The notes under the pieces: generated by a model
What the model was told of the DNA's origin: nothing
Databases searched by the model: none
What the model saw: only the letters and a program-made list of their open reading frames with translations
Made by a program: the position numbers and the translations under genes
DNA from: Selenomonas sp.
Lineage (GTDB): Bacteria; Bacillota; Negativicutes; Selenomonadales; Selenomonadaceae
Reading direction: 5' to 3'
Length of the DNA stretch: 47,732 nucleotides
NCBI RefSeq assembly: GCF_052169755.1
Contig: NZ_JBQNBV010000001.1
Location: 1-47,732, forward strand
Part shown: piece after piece, positions 17,276 through 27,099 of the stretch
How positions within the stretch are numbered: the first letter of the stretch is position 1
Layout: the number at the start of each line of letters is the position of its first letter

Positions 17276-18573
17276 TGCTTTTGCGAAGGGGCGGGGTGCG
17301 GAAGTTTCTTGCGCTGTTCGCCCTCATATTCTTTTGGGGAGGAAGCGTCGCTTTCGCTTCGGGCACGATCAGAGCGGTTCAATCGGAAGTTACGGCAGAT
17401 GCAGGCTCCTTGCCGCCCGCTGTCAAGGTGCGCATGGAAAAGAGCGTCTCTGCCATCGCTTCACAGCTGATCGAAGGAAAGCCGCTCGCTTCTTATGAAA
17501 GACGCAGGGCAGCGGATGAAGCGACGATCCGTGAAGTGTTCGACAAGGTGCTCGTCGGCTACTCCGTCACGGCTGTCTCCATTGAAGCGGGCGAAGAGGC
17601 GCACGTTAAGATCGCGCTCATGCCGTGGGCGGATCGCGTCACGGACGTCGAGGTGGAAATCGTCGTTGAGGGGGTTTCGCCTGCTGTCGAAGCGATGGCA
17701 AGAGCCGACCTCGCAGGCGTCGATGTCGTCTTTCGCCGGAGCTTGGAAGGGCTTCCGTCAGCCGCTGTCGATTGGACGAACGGCGTCTTGAAGGAGAGTC
17801 TGAACGCCTATATGACGGAGCATTTGCCCGAATTCCGCGCCGACTTTGACGTCGAGACGGCAGAGAAGTCGCACGTTGTTTTGACCGTCTATCCGAAGAT
17901 GCCCGTCGTGCGTACGGTCGATCTCGCCATGCGCTCGGACACGATTCCGAACTTCACGCTGCTCGAAAAACGCAGCATATTGCAGGCAAAAGCCAACGAG
18001 ATGCTCGGCGTTCCCGTCGCCTTTGCGGCGCGTCACGAGAAGCAGTTTGCGCACGCTATGGAAACGGCGCTCGATACATCGAGAGAATTTCGCGCACTCG
18101 GCTTAAAGACGCACACGACGATCGCTGCGGGCGAGCAGACCTCGATCATGAGCCGCAGTGATACCACGCGATATCGTCTGCGGCTGGAAGGCTGGGGCGA
18201 TGTCGGCAGGGGTTCGGCTGACAGTTCTGCGGTATGCTTTCGCGGCCATGCGGGGGCGATGCTCTCTCGTGACGATGAAGTGTTCCTGCAGGCAGATGTG
18301 CTGCCGCAGGATTTCGCATGGAGTTGGGAGCTCGGTTATGAGCGGCGCATTGCGGGGCGTTTTTTTGCACGGCTGCGTTACGACATGCGCAGGCACGCAT
18401 GGACGACGGGGCTGCGCGCCGAACCTTTGCCGCGCGTAGCTCTGCGCTACGAGTATCGTCGCGGCGATTCGACGGGTGAGGCAGGGCTTAGCTATCGTCT
18501 GCACGACTTTCTTCGCGTAGAGCTTGTGAAAGACTCTTCGCAGCAGTGGCTGCGTCTGATTGGCGATTTTTAA
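17275..18573 (+). CDS. Exported hypothetical protein with repeated POTRA-like units and a C-terminal beta-strand domain
   Basis: Overlaps the bamA stop (TGATG). Signal peptide ending AFA, three ~85-90 aa alpha/beta units, alternating-strand C-terminus ending WLRLIGDF. Start could be the GTG at 17296. Confidence 0.7.
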   Translation: MLLRRGGVRKFLALFALIFFWGGSVAFASGTIRAVQSEVTADAGSLPPAVKVRMEKSVSAIASQLIEGKPLASYERRRAADEATIREVFDKVLVGYSVTAVSIEAGEEAHVKIALMPWADRVTDVEVEIVVEGVSPAVEAMARADLAGVDVVFRRSLEGLPSAAVDWTNGVLKESLNAYMTEHLPEFRADFDVETAEKSHVVLTVYPKMPVVRTVDLAMRSDTIPNFTLLEKRSILQAKANEMLGVPVAFAARHEKQFAHAMETALDTSREFRALGLKTHTTIAAGEQTSIMSRSDTTRYRLRLEGWGDVGRGSADSSAVCFRGHAGAMLSRDDEVFLQADVLPQDFAWSWELGYERRIAGRFFARLRYDMRRHAWTTGLRAEPLPRVALRYEYRRGDSTGEAGLSYRLHDFLRVELVKDSSQQWLRLIGDF

Positions 18574-18594
18574 GAGCTTTCGCATTCATTGGAC

Positions 18595-18623
18595 TTGAAT
18601 CCATAAAAAGAGTTTGCTATAAT
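18595..18623 (+). promoter_or_regulatory. Putative sigma-A promoter for the ompH-lpxD-lpxL genes
   Basis: TTGAAT (18595-18600), 17 nt, TGc-TATAAT (18618-18623). Confidence 0.75.
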
Positions 18624-18694
18624 GTTTATCGTTGGGTAATAGAAGAAGGATTGTCTGGCAATCTTCTTCCAAAGAGAAAAGGAGACTAAAAGAA

Positions 18695-19156
18695 ATGGTG
18701 AAACTTCAGAAGACACAGGTAAAGATTTTCTGCGTGGCTCTCGCGCTCGTGTTCATCGGCTCTGTCGTAGCTCTCGGGCTTTCGCAGCTCGGTACGAGCA
18801 CTGCGTCGGCGGCATCGTCGTCTGTCGGCGTCGTTGACTACCGCAAGGCTATGGCAAGTCATCCGGACTACGCTTCGGCGTCGAACGAGATGCAGAAAGC
18901 GATGCAGGAAGCGCAGATGCGCTTTGAGGCTGATACGGCGAACAAGAGCGATGAGGAGAAAGCAAAGGCGATGCAGCAGGCGCAGATGGAGCTGCAGCAG
19001 AAGGAGCAGGATCTCCTCGCGGGCATTCAGAAGAAGGTTGACGCCGCTGTCAAGCAGGTCGCCGAAGCGAAGGGACTATCCGTCGTTCTTGACAAGAACG
19101 CTGTTGTCTATGGCGGACAGGATATCACGGACGACGTCGTGAAGAAGTTCAAATAA
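18695..19156 (+). CDS. skp: OmpH/Skp periplasmic chaperone
   Basis: VGVVDYRKAMASHP...coiled coil...AVKQVAEAKGLSVVLDKNAVVYGGQDITDDVVKK; AAGGAG RBS. Confidence 0.9.
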   Translation: MVKLQKTQVKIFCVALALVFIGSVVALGLSQLGTSTASAASSSVGVVDYRKAMASHPDYASASNEMQKAMQEAQMRFEADTANKSDEEKAKAMQQAQMELQQKEQDLLAGIQKKVDAAVKQVAEAKGLSVVLDKNAVVYGGQDITDDVVKKFK

Positions 19157-19250
19157 GAGATACGGATATTGAGCGCGCGAGCGCATGAGGTACCGGGCGG
19201 GCTTCCTGCCCGGTACTTTTGAATCTCAGGGCTTTTCGGGGGTGGAAGCG

Positions 19251-20330
19251 GTGACGCAGGAAAAAGGAGAGGTGCGCAGCGCGGGTTTTTGGCTCAAGCA
19301 TAGAAACACGCTTTGCGGCGTCTTTGTCGTCGCGCTCATCCTGCTTCTCGGCAGCGCTGGTTTTTTCTTTCGCGCGTCTTTGCAGCCGCCGCCGTCGCCT
19401 CCGGCGCCGCAGGAGCCGGGCGGCATCGGCGTCGTTGATCTTGCGCGTGCGGAGAAGGTGCATGAGGTATACGCGCAAATCGCTGCGCTTGACGCAGAGC
19501 GAGCCGTGATTGCCGCTGATATTGCACGTCTCAGCGCCGATCGCCGCGCATGGAAGCCGCCTGCACTCTCGGACGAGCCGTTTCAGCTTGCGGCAGAGCA
19601 AAAGGAACTGCAGCAGGAGCGGCTTGCAGCGGAAGGACGTGCACGCGAGCGCCGCAAAGCGCTTGCTGCATGGGAAGAAGAAACGAAAGAGGCGTTCCTC
19701 GCCGAAAAGAAGGTGATTGAGGACGCCTATCAAAATCGCATAGTGAATATCGAGATGAAGATCGACAACCGCGAAGCTATGCTTCTCTCGGCTGACGATG
19801 TAAAAACGCTCCTGCAGGAGCTTGAAACCCTGCGCAATGAACGCGGCACACGCATAGAGGCGCTTTTTGCCGCACGCGATGAAAAGAGGCGGCAATATCT
19901 CGCCGCGCTTATCGCGCGAGACGAAGCGCTCGGGAAAAGCAGTGCGGCGCAGGAAGAAGCCGCACGCCAAAAAGCGGAAGCCGACAAACGCAACCGCGAA
20001 GCGCTTCGGCAGGCGATGCAGGGCATTGAGATCGACGAGCTTCTGAACCGCAAAAAAGCAGCTCTCGCGGCGAAAGACGAGGAGATTCGCATCCTGCGCG
20101 AGCATATTCGCAAGGATATTGAGAGCAAGACGGCGAAGCTCGCAATCGTCCATCGGCTCGCTTTTGTCGTCGTAAAAGAAACGGACGAAGCCGTGGGCGT
20201 GCGGCGTGAGGAAGATGCTGCGACGATGCTGCGCTTCCCCGTTCATGTGTCCGATGCAGTAGACTTGACGGACGAAGTTATCGCCGAGCTTGCATCGGGA
20301 ACAATTTTAGAAAGAAGTGGAAAATCATGA
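19251..20330 (+). CDS. Elongated, membrane-anchored OmpH/Skp-like protein
   Basis: TM helix, Pro linker, Skp-like IGVVDLARAEKVH, very long coiled coil, Skp-like end AVDLTDEVIAEL. Start uncertain (19185, 19251 or 19272). Confidence 0.75.
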   Translation: MTQEKGEVRSAGFWLKHRNTLCGVFVVALILLLGSAGFFFRASLQPPPSPPAPQEPGGIGVVDLARAEKVHEVYAQIAALDAERAVIAADIARLSADRRAWKPPALSDEPFQLAAEQKELQQERLAAEGRARERRKALAAWEEETKEAFLAEKKVIEDAYQNRIVNIEMKIDNREAMLLSADDVKTLLQELETLRNERGTRIEALFAARDEKRRQYLAALIARDEALGKSSAAQEEAARQKAEADKRNREALRQAMQGIEIDELLNRKKAALAAKDEEIRILREHIRKDIESKTAKLAIVHRLAFVVVKETDEAVGVRREEDAATMLRFPVHVSDAVDLTDEVIAELASGTILERSGKS

Positions 20331-20770
20331 AGCAGAAAAAGAAACGTGCGGCACTTCTCAGCGTCGTTTTTGCCGCCATGATGCTTGCCGCAGGCTGTGG
20401 CTCCGCCGAGATCGGCTACGTTGACCCGACGCGCGTCGAGAAGGAAGCGCCGGCGATCATGAGCATCGACGCAGAGATGAAGACGAAGATGGAAGAAGTG
20501 CAGAAGCAGGCGGAAGATGATTTCAAGGCGAAGCAGGCGCAGAATGTATCGCCGGATGAACTGCAGAAGATGCAGCAGCAGGTGATGGGGCAGATGCAGC
20601 AGACAGCCAATATCTACAACCAGCAGAAAACGATCAAGATGCAGACCGCCATCGGTGAGATCGCACGTACGAAGAAGATTGACGCCGTCGTTTACAATGT
20701 GGAAGAGCAAAAGCTCGTCCATCTCGGCGGCACGGACATCACCGATGATGTGATCAAGGCGCTTCAGTGA
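20327..20770 (+). CDS. OmpH/Skp-like lipoprotein
   Basis: Lipobox [15 protein letters not shown], Gln-rich coil, [13 protein letters not shown]. Confidence 0.85.
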   Translation: MKQKKKRAALLSVVFAAMMLAAGCGSAEIGYVDPTRVEKEAPAIMSIDAEMKTKMEEVQKQAEDDFKAKQAQNVSPDELQKMQQQVMGQMQQTANIYNQQKTIKMQTAIGEIARTKKIDAVVYNVEEQKLVHLGGTDITDDVIKALQ

Positions 20771-20780
20771 GGATTGGACA

Positions 20781-21812
20781 ATGAAAAAGACATTGGGGGA
20801 GATCGCCCGTTTCTTGGGCGGGCGGCTTGCAGGAGATGAGAACATCACTGTCACGGGCGCGACGAACATCGAAGCGGCAGGCGCATCGGACATCACCTTT
20901 GCTGCGCCGCCCCATATAGAAGAAGCGAAAGCATCGAAGGCGGCGGCTGTCATCCTGCCCGAAGGCGTGCAGGACTTTCCTCTGCCTGCCGTCCATGTAA
21001 AGGAGCCTCGCGCCGCGTTCGCGAAGCTTCTGGAGATCTTCACGCCGCCTTTGCTTCTGCCCGATGGCGTCAGTCCGCAAGCGTTTGTGGCAAAGACTGC
21101 TGCGATTGCGGCGGGCGCGCGCATCCTGCCGTTCGCCGTCGTCGATGCACACGCAAAGATCGGTGCGGACGCCGTACTCTATCCGCATGTTTACGTCGGA
21201 CAGTATGCTGAGGTCGGTGCGGGAAGCGTACTCCATGCGGGCGTGACGGTGCGTGAGCGATGCCGCATCGGCAGGCGATGCGTGCTTCATGCCAATGCGG
21301 TCGTAGGTTCCGACGGTTTCGGTTTCACAACGGCGAGCGGCGTGCACACGAAAGTGCCGCAGGTCGGCAACGTCGTCTTAGAGGATGACGTCGAAATCGG
21401 CGCACACGTCGGCATTGACCGCGCTACGACAGGATCGACCGTCATCGGGCATGGCACGAAGATCGACAACCTCGTACATATCGGACACAACTGTAAGATC
21501 GGTCCGAACAATCTCATCGTTGCGCAGACGGGCATCTCCGGTTCGACGACGACGGGACCGAACGTGACCTTCGGCGGGCAGGTCGGCACGGTCGGACACA
21601 TCCATATCGGCGGCAACTCTGTCTACGCCGCTCGCTCGGGCATCATTGGCGATATGCCGGACGGTGTTTTTTGTGCGGGATTCCCCGTGCAGAGCCATCA
21701 GGAGTGGCTGCGTATGCAGGCGGCGATGAAACGCCTGCCTGAAATGGTCAAGAAAATCAAGCGATTGGAAAAAGCGCTGGCACAGGCGAACGAGAAGGAA
21801 ACGAAAGAATGA
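20781..21812 (+). CDS. lpxD: UDP-3-O-acylglucosamine N-acyltransferase
   Basis: Hexapeptide repeats, [46 protein letters not shown]. Confidence 0.97.
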   Translation: MKKTLGEIARFLGGRLAGDENITVTGATNIEAAGASDITFAAPPHIEEAKASKAAAVILPEGVQDFPLPAVHVKEPRAAFAKLLEIFTPPLLLPDGVSPQAFVAKTAAIAAGARILPFAVVDAHAKIGADAVLYPHVYVGQYAEVGAGSVLHAGVTVRERCRIGRRCVLHANAVVGSDGFGFTTASGVHTKVPQVGNVVLEDDVEIGAHVGIDRATTGSTVIGHGTKIDNLVHIGHNCKIGPNNLIVAQTGISGSTTTGPNVTFGGQVGTVGHIHIGGNSVYAARSGIIGDMPDGVFCAGFPVQSHQEWLRMQAAMKRLPEMVKKIKRLEKALAQANEKETKE

Positions 21813-22669
21813 CGTACTACCTCGTGCGCTTTTTGAGCCGCCTCGTCTGCCTTTTGCCTGGACGCTTGTGCGACGCTTTGGGACGAATGCTGGCGCTCTG
21901 CCTCTGGCCTTTTTTGCCTGCAAAGAGGAAGAAGCTGGCACGGGAGCAGGTCGCCATGTGCCTTGGTACGGATGCAAAAGAGTCCGAGCGCATCGCGAAG
22001 GAGAGCGCCGTGCGCTTCGGTCCCATGCTCTTTGAGGTGCTGCGCTTTCCTGTCATCGTGCGCCGCATGGCGGATTATGTCGAGATCGAGGGCGCGGAGC
22101 ACCTGCGTACAATGCTCGAAAAGGGCAAGGGCGCTGTCATCGCGACGGCGCACACGGGCAACTGGGAGCTTATGGGCGGCGCGCTGTCGCAGGCAGGTTT
22201 TCCGATCATCGGCGTCGCCATGCGCCAGCATGACGCGGCGATGGATCGCTTCATCAACGAGTACCGCTGTCTCGTTGGTATGCACATCACTTACAAAGAC
22301 GACGTGCGCGAGATGTTCCGCATGATGAAGAAAGGCTGGATCGTTGGACTTCTTGCCGACCAAGATACGAATCGGCGCGACGGCGTCGTGCTCGACTTCT
22401 TTGGGCAGCCGACGAACTGTGTGCCGGGTCCTGCCGCGATGGCGCGTTCGGCAGGCATCGGCGTCATCCCCGGCTATATTACGCGCAAGAAGGACGGTAC
22501 GCACAAGATCATCCTCCATGCACCCATCGACGTGCCGCGCACGAAGGACAAGCGCAGCGACATCCGCACCGCTGGGCAGGCAGTCAACCGCATTCTTGAG
22601 CAGCATATCCGTGAGCATCCCGAAGAATGGTTCTGGCTGCACGACCGCTGGAAGTCCATGCACGAATAG
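21809..22669 (+). CDS. Lipid A late acyltransferase (LpxL/HtrB family)
   Basis: [37 protein letters not shown]. Confidence 0.9.
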   Translation: MTYYLVRFLSRLVCLLPGRLCDALGRMLALCLWPFLPAKRKKLAREQVAMCLGTDAKESERIAKESAVRFGPMLFEVLRFPVIVRRMADYVEIEGAEHLRTMLEKGKGAVIATAHTGNWELMGGALSQAGFPIIGVAMRQHDAAMDRFINEYRCLVGMHITYKDDVREMFRMMKKGWIVGLLADQDTNRRDGVVLDFFGQPTNCVPGPAAMARSAGIGVIPGYITRKKDGTHKIILHAPIDVPRTKDKRSDIRTAGQAVNRILEQHIREHPEEWFWLHDRWKSMHE

Positions 22670-22686
22670 TTGTGCGCGGCGGCTGC

Positions 22687-22715
22687 TTGCATGAAAATGG
22701 AAAAGCCTTTATAAT
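22687..22715 (+). promoter_or_regulatory. Putative sigma-A promoter for the yaaR-holB operon
   Basis: TTGCAT (22687-22692), 17 nt, TATAAT (22710-22715). Confidence 0.7.
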
Positions 22716-22756
22716 TTAAGGTAGAATCAGAGAAAGTGCAGGCGGAAGGTGGACTT

Positions 22757-23209
22757 ATGAAGATAGATGCTTTGAGCGCACAGCGCTCTTCGATGCAGAC
22801 GCTTGAGCGCGACGTTGCCGTGCATGAGGTTTCACGTTCGGACACGGACTTCGGTGCGGAGCTTGCCGACCAACATGCGGCGTTTTCCGATCGCCAGCTG
22901 CAGGAAATCTTGAAAAAGATTGATGAGCAGGGGGCGCGTCTTACGAACACGCCGACGTACGATGAACTGAAAGCGTACCGCGATCTCGTCAAGGGCTTCG
23001 TCGATGAGGCGGTCGGACGCATGTATCAGCTTCATGTGCAGGCGGGCTGGGATCGCATGGGGCGTCAGAAGGTCTATACGACGGTGCGTAAGATCGACCG
23101 CAAGCTCGAAGAGCTTGCGGAGAAGATCCGTACGGGGCAGACGGATGCCTTTGATATCGTGGCGAGCCATGACGCGATTCGCGGTATGCTCGTCGATCTT
23201 TATATGTGA
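22757..23209 (+). CDS. yaaR: YaaR/DUF327 family protein
   Basis: IDEQGARL...YRDLVKGFV...IDRKLEEL...IRGMLVDLYM; immediately upstream of holB as in Bacillota. Confidence 0.88.
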   Translation: MKIDALSAQRSSMQTLERDVAVHEVSRSDTDFGAELADQHAAFSDRQLQEILKKIDEQGARLTNTPTYDELKAYRDLVKGFVDEAVGRMYQLHVQAGWDRMGRQKVYTTVRKIDRKLEELAEKIRTGQTDAFDIVASHDAIRGMLVDLYM

Positions 23210-24204
23210 TGGCAGAGACGCTTCTCTGGCAGGACGTCCTTGGACACGAAGGGAATATCAAAAGGCTGCGGATCATGCTGCGGGGCGGTCGTCTGCCTCA
23301 TGCGCTCCTCTTTTCGGGGCTTATGGGCGTGGGAAAGAGGAAAATCGCGCGTCTTGTCGCCGCAGCTTTGCTGTGCGGCAAAGAGGAAGCGCCGTGCGGC
23401 GAATGTCCGTCTTGTCGCGCCCTTCTTTCGGGCACGCATCCCGACTACATCGAGTGCGCTCCCGAAAGCCGCGGCAAAAGTACGCGCGTCATCCGCATCG
23501 ATGCCGTGCGCGAGATCGAGCAGAAGGTCGCGCGAAAGCCGCTCCTTTCAAGACGTTTCGTCGTTGTTATGGATGAAGCGGACACGATGAATGAGGCGGC
23601 GGCGAACAGTCTGTTAAAAACACTCGAAGAGCCGTCGGGCGAGGTCTTTTTCCTGCTTGTGACGGCACGACGCGCAGCCCTTCTGCCGACGATCCTTTCC
23701 CGCGTGCGTGAGATGCATTTCGGTGCGCTTTCTCCGGATGTGATCGAGCGTGCGCTTCTCATGCGCGGCATTGCTGCCGAGAAAGCGCGTGCACTGGCTC
23801 GGACGGCGGACGGCAGTCTCGGTCATGCGCTCCTTTTGAATGAAGAAGACGGCTTGCAGTTGGCAGAAGATGCGGCGCGGACGCTTTTCTTCCTTCGAAC
23901 GCTGGATATGTTCAAGATTTGGGTGAAAGCAGAAGAGCTTGGCAGACTGCCACGCGAGCGTGCTGAGGATTGGCTGCTTGCACTCGCAAGACTCTTGCGC
24001 GACATGCTTGCGCTTCATGCAGGGGGCGGCGTGCTCTTTCATGAGGAAAAGCGAAGCGAGATGGCAAATGCACTTGTGGGATTTTCTGAGGATCGTGTCT
24101 TTTCGCAGATCTCGCTCGTGCAAGAGGCGCTTAAGAGGCTCAGGAGCAACGCGAGTCAGCGATTGATTTTTGAAGGGCTTTTGCTGCGTATGCAGGAGGC
24201 TTAG
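23206..24204 (+). CDS. holB: DNA polymerase III delta' subunit
   Basis: PHALLFSG..GVGK, zinc motif C...PCGECPSC, HPD, AANSLLKTLEEP, LLPTILSR. Confidence 0.95.
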   Translation: MMAETLLWQDVLGHEGNIKRLRIMLRGGRLPHALLFSGLMGVGKRKIARLVAAALLCGKEEAPCGECPSCRALLSGTHPDYIECAPESRGKSTRVIRIDAVREIEQKVARKPLLSRRFVVVMDEADTMNEAAANSLLKTLEEPSGEVFFLLVTARRAALLPTILSRVREMHFGALSPDVIERALLMRGIAAEKARALARTADGSLGHALLLNEEDGLQLAEDAARTLFFLRTLDMFKIWVKAEELGRLPRERAEDWLLALARLLRDMLALHAGGGVLFHEEKRSEMANALVGFSEDRVFSQISLVQEALKRLRSNASQRLIFEGLLLRMQEA

Positions 24205-24268
24205 AAAGGCGAATGATGATGTCAGGCGCACAAAAGCTGCGCTTTTTATAGATGAAGGAGGCAAGGGG

Positions 24269-25093
24269 TTGCAGATGATTGTGGGCGTCCGCTTCAAGAA
24301 AGCGGGCAAGATTTATTATTTTAGCCCCGGGAAATATGCACTTGCACTCGGCGACGAGGTCATCGTCGAAACGGTGCGCGGTACGGAGTGCGGCCGCGTC
24401 GTCTTAGGACCGCGTGAGGCGGAAGAGAACGGCGCGCAGCCGTTAAAGCCCGTGCAGAGAAAGGCGACAGCACAGGATCTTCAGAAGGTAGAGGAAAATC
24501 ACCGACAGGAAAAGGAAGCGTTCAAGATCTGCGAGAAGAAGATCAAGGTGCATGGTTTGCCGATGAAGCTCGTCGATGTTGAGTATACGTTTGATCTGAA
24601 CAAGATCATTTTCTTTTTTACGGCGGACGGGCGCATCGACTTCCGCGAACTGGTCAAGGATCTTGCTTCCGTCTTTCGCACACGCATCGAGCTGCGCCAG
24701 ATCGGCGTGCGCGACGAGGCAAAACTCATGGGCGGCATGGGCTGCTGCGGCAGACCGCTTTGCTGCTCGATGTTCCTCGGAGACTTTGAGCCGGTATCCA
24801 TTCGGATGGCGAAGGAACAGAATCTCTCGCTGAATCCGACGAAGATTTCGGGAATATGCGGCAGACTCATGTGCTGCCTGAAATACGAGTGCGCAGGCTA
24901 CCGAAAGAATTGCCCCAAGCGCCGTACGAAGCCGCCGAAACAGGGCAGCCGCGTGGCTTCGGCTGAAGGGGAAGGAAAGGTCATCTCCCTCAACATGCAA
25001 CGGCGCACGGCGACGATTCTTCTCGACTCGCATAAGACGCTCGTGGCGGCATGGGAGGACATCGTCGCTGTCGAGCAGGAGGACAAAGCGTAA
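24269..25093 (+). CDS. ricT: PSP1-domain protein (YaaT/RicT)
   Basis: VGVRFKKAGKIYYF, GRIDFRELVKDLA, IGVRDEAK..GG.GCCGRPLCC, KISGICGRLMCCLKYE. TTG start 7 nt after AAGGAGG; alternative ATG at 24275. Confidence 0.93.
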   Translation: MQMIVGVRFKKAGKIYYFSPGKYALALGDEVIVETVRGTECGRVVLGPREAEENGAQPLKPVQRKATAQDLQKVEENHRQEKEAFKICEKKIKVHGLPMKLVDVEYTFDLNKIIFFFTADGRIDFRELVKDLASVFRTRIELRQIGVRDEAKLMGGMGCCGRPLCCSMFLGDFEPVSIRMAKEQNLSLNPTKISGICGRLMCCLKYECAGYRKNCPKRRTKPPKQGSRVASAEGEGKVISLNMQRRTATILLDSHKTLVAAWEDIVAVEQEDKA

Positions 25094-25822
25094 GTGGGCA
25101 GCGTGGCGTCTCTGGCGGCATGGCAGGCGGCGCTTCGTGACAGCGAGCGGCTGGACGATCTGCAGTATGCAGGGCGGCGCATCATTCAGAACACGGAGAC
25201 GACATGCTTTTCGCTCGACGCCGTTCTGCTTGCGCGTTTCGCTTGCATCAAGCGCGGCGATCATGTCCTTGAGCTTGGCACGGGCGCAGGCGTCATCCCT
25301 CTTTTGATCGCACGCGACGATCTTACGATTGACGCCGTAGAGATTGACCCTGTGATGGCGGAGCTTGCGATGCGCAACGTGCGCTTGAATGGTCTTGCAG
25401 ACTGCGTGCGCGTGCGTACAGGGGATTTTCGTGCGACAGAAGGATTGGGCAAGCGAGGGAGCTTCGACTGCGTCCTGAGCAATCCGCCGTGGTACCCGCT
25501 GGGGCAAGGCAAGATCGGACGTGCAGCGAGAGCGCATCACGAGATCACGGCGACACTCGCCGACGCAGCGGCGGCAGCGCGTCATGCGCTGCGCTTCGGC
25601 GGACGTTTTGCGCTCGTCCATGTGCCTGCGCGGCTCGACGAGCTTTTTTTTGCCTTGAAGGAAAACGGCATGGCGGCGCGCCGACTGCAATTCTTCGCGC
25701 CGCGCATGGACGCCGCGCCGCGCTTTGTGCTTGTAGAGGCAGTCGTCGGTGCATCCGTCGGTGCGCTGACCGTTCTGCCGCCGCTTCTTGGCGATGCAGC
25801 GCAAGCGGAAAAAGAAGCATGA
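25094..25822 (+). CDS. yabB: tRNA1(Val) A37 N6-methyltransferase-like (YabB/TrmN6)
   Basis: FSLDAVLLARF, LELGTGAGVIP, SNPPW, ARHEI-like motif; conserved position before rsmI. Confidence 0.85.
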   Translation: MGSVASLAAWQAALRDSERLDDLQYAGRRIIQNTETTCFSLDAVLLARFACIKRGDHVLELGTGAGVIPLLIARDDLTIDAVEIDPVMAELAMRNVRLNGLADCVRVRTGDFRATEGLGKRGSFDCVLSNPPWYPLGQGKIGRAARAHHEITATLADAAAAARHALRFGGRFALVHVPARLDELFFALKENGMAARRLQFFAPRMDAAPRFVLVEAVVGASVGALTVLPPLLGDAAQAEKEA

Positions 25823-25860
25823 ATTGCATTTGTCGGCTGTAGAGTGAGGAGTGGGCGATC

Positions 25861-26730
25861 ATGACGCAGACGGAAATCCGCGGAAATATGCTGCACCCAA
25901 AGGGAACTCTCTATCTTGCAGCGACGCCGATCGGCAACCTTGAGGATATGACGTTTCGCGCGGTGCGCATCTTGCAGGAAGCGCCGCTGATTGCGGCGGA
26001 AGATACGCGTCATACGCGAAAACTCCTTGCACGCTATGATATTCACACGCGCCTTACGAGCTATCATGAGCATAATAAACTGGAGAAGGGACCTCGGCTT
26101 GTGGACTTTCTTGTCGAAGGGCACGATCTCGTATGCGTCAGCGATGCGGGATTGCCCGGCATTGCCGATCCCGGCGGGCATCTTGCGGAACTCGCCATTG
26201 CTGCAGGCGTTCAGGTATCACCCTTGCCCGGAGCGAATGCCGCACTCTCAGCACTTATATGCTCGGGAATCGATGCGCGACGCTTCACGTTCATCGGCTT
26301 TTTGCCGCGTACGGCGGCAAAAAGCCGTGAACTGCTGGCTGAAATTGCTGTACGGCAGGAAACCTTGATCTTTTATGAGGCGCCGCACCATCTGAAAAAT
26401 ACGCTGAAAGCTCTGATTGCAGCCTTTGGCGCTTCACGTTCGGCTGTTGCCGCCCGCGAGTTGACGAAGCGCTACGAAGAATTTCGCCGCGGCACGCTTT
26501 CCGACATCCTCGCCCACTACAGCGAGGAAGAGCCGCGCGGCGAGTTTGTTCTCATCGTTGCAGGCGCCGAAGAGAGCGCCGTGAAAGAAAACGCGCTGAC
26601 AGAAACGCCGAAGGAGCTTGTCACATACTTTATGGAAGAGGGAAGAACGAAGAAGGAAGCCCTGCGGGAGACGGCGAAACGTCTCAACATGAGCCGCCGC
26701 GATGTGTATCAGATATTGTTGGAAGAATAA
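25861..26730 (+). CDS. rsmI: 16S rRNA C1402 2'-O-methyltransferase
   Basis: LYLAATPIGNLEDMTFRA, AAEDTRHT, VSDAGLPGIADPG, FYEAPH, RELTKRYEE. Confidence 0.97.
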   Translation: MTQTEIRGNMLHPKGTLYLAATPIGNLEDMTFRAVRILQEAPLIAAEDTRHTRKLLARYDIHTRLTSYHEHNKLEKGPRLVDFLVEGHDLVCVSDAGLPGIADPGGHLAELAIAAGVQVSPLPGANAALSALICSGIDARRFTFIGFLPRTAAKSRELLAEIAVRQETLIFYEAPHHLKNTLKALIAAFGASRSAVAARELTKRYEEFRRGTLSDILAHYSEEEPRGEFVLIVAGAEESAVKENALTETPKELVTYFMEEGRTKKEALRETAKRLNMSRRDVYQILLEE

Positions 26731-26773
26731 AGCCCGTCCATTCCCCTCGTTTAGAAGGGGATGGACGGGCTTT
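26729..26773. terminator. Bidirectional rho-independent terminator between convergent rsmI and abrB
   Basis: AAAGCCCGTCCAT-TCCCCT...AGGGG-ATGGACGGGCTTT long inverted repeat. Confidence 0.8.
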
Positions 26774-26847
26774 GATCTCTGCGTTCCATTTTGCATCGGG
26801 GGGCACAGCACGACAGGGAAACGGCTCTTCGTGCAGCGGAGGTGATT

Positions 26848-27099
26848 TTACGCTCCCTCCTTTAATTCCACCGCGCACTTTTTGCAGACGTTGCGACCTT
26901 TGAATGGTATGACGTCATCGGCGCGACCGCAAAAAACGCATGCGCATGTCGGCTCATATTTTCTGAGCACGATGCGATCCTCGTCGGTGTAGATCTCCAG
27001 GGCGTCGCGTTCTGCGATACTGAGCGTGCGGCGCAGCTCGATCGGTATGACGACACGTCCCAGCTCGTCTACTTTTCTGACGATTCCTGTGGCTTTCAT
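26848..27099 (-). CDS. abrB: AbrB-family transition-state regulator with Cys-rich C-terminus
   Basis: MKATGIVRKVDELGRVVIPIELRRTL...IVLRKY, then CVFCG...CKKC; AAGGAGG RBS; lies between rsmI and metG as in Bacillus. Confidence 0.95.
   Translation of the reverse strand: MKATGIVRKVDELGRVVIPIELRRTLSIAERDALEIYTDEDRIVLRKYEPTCACVFCGRADDVIPFKGRNVCKKCAVELKEGA

Noticed and set aside
2836..27099. Sporulation locus suggested by spoIVB-like, sigma, yaaT and abrB genes
   Set aside because: No dedicated sporulation genes in the window; yaaT/ricT and abrB are widespread in non-sporulating Bacillota, and the protease architecture differs from true SpoIVB.
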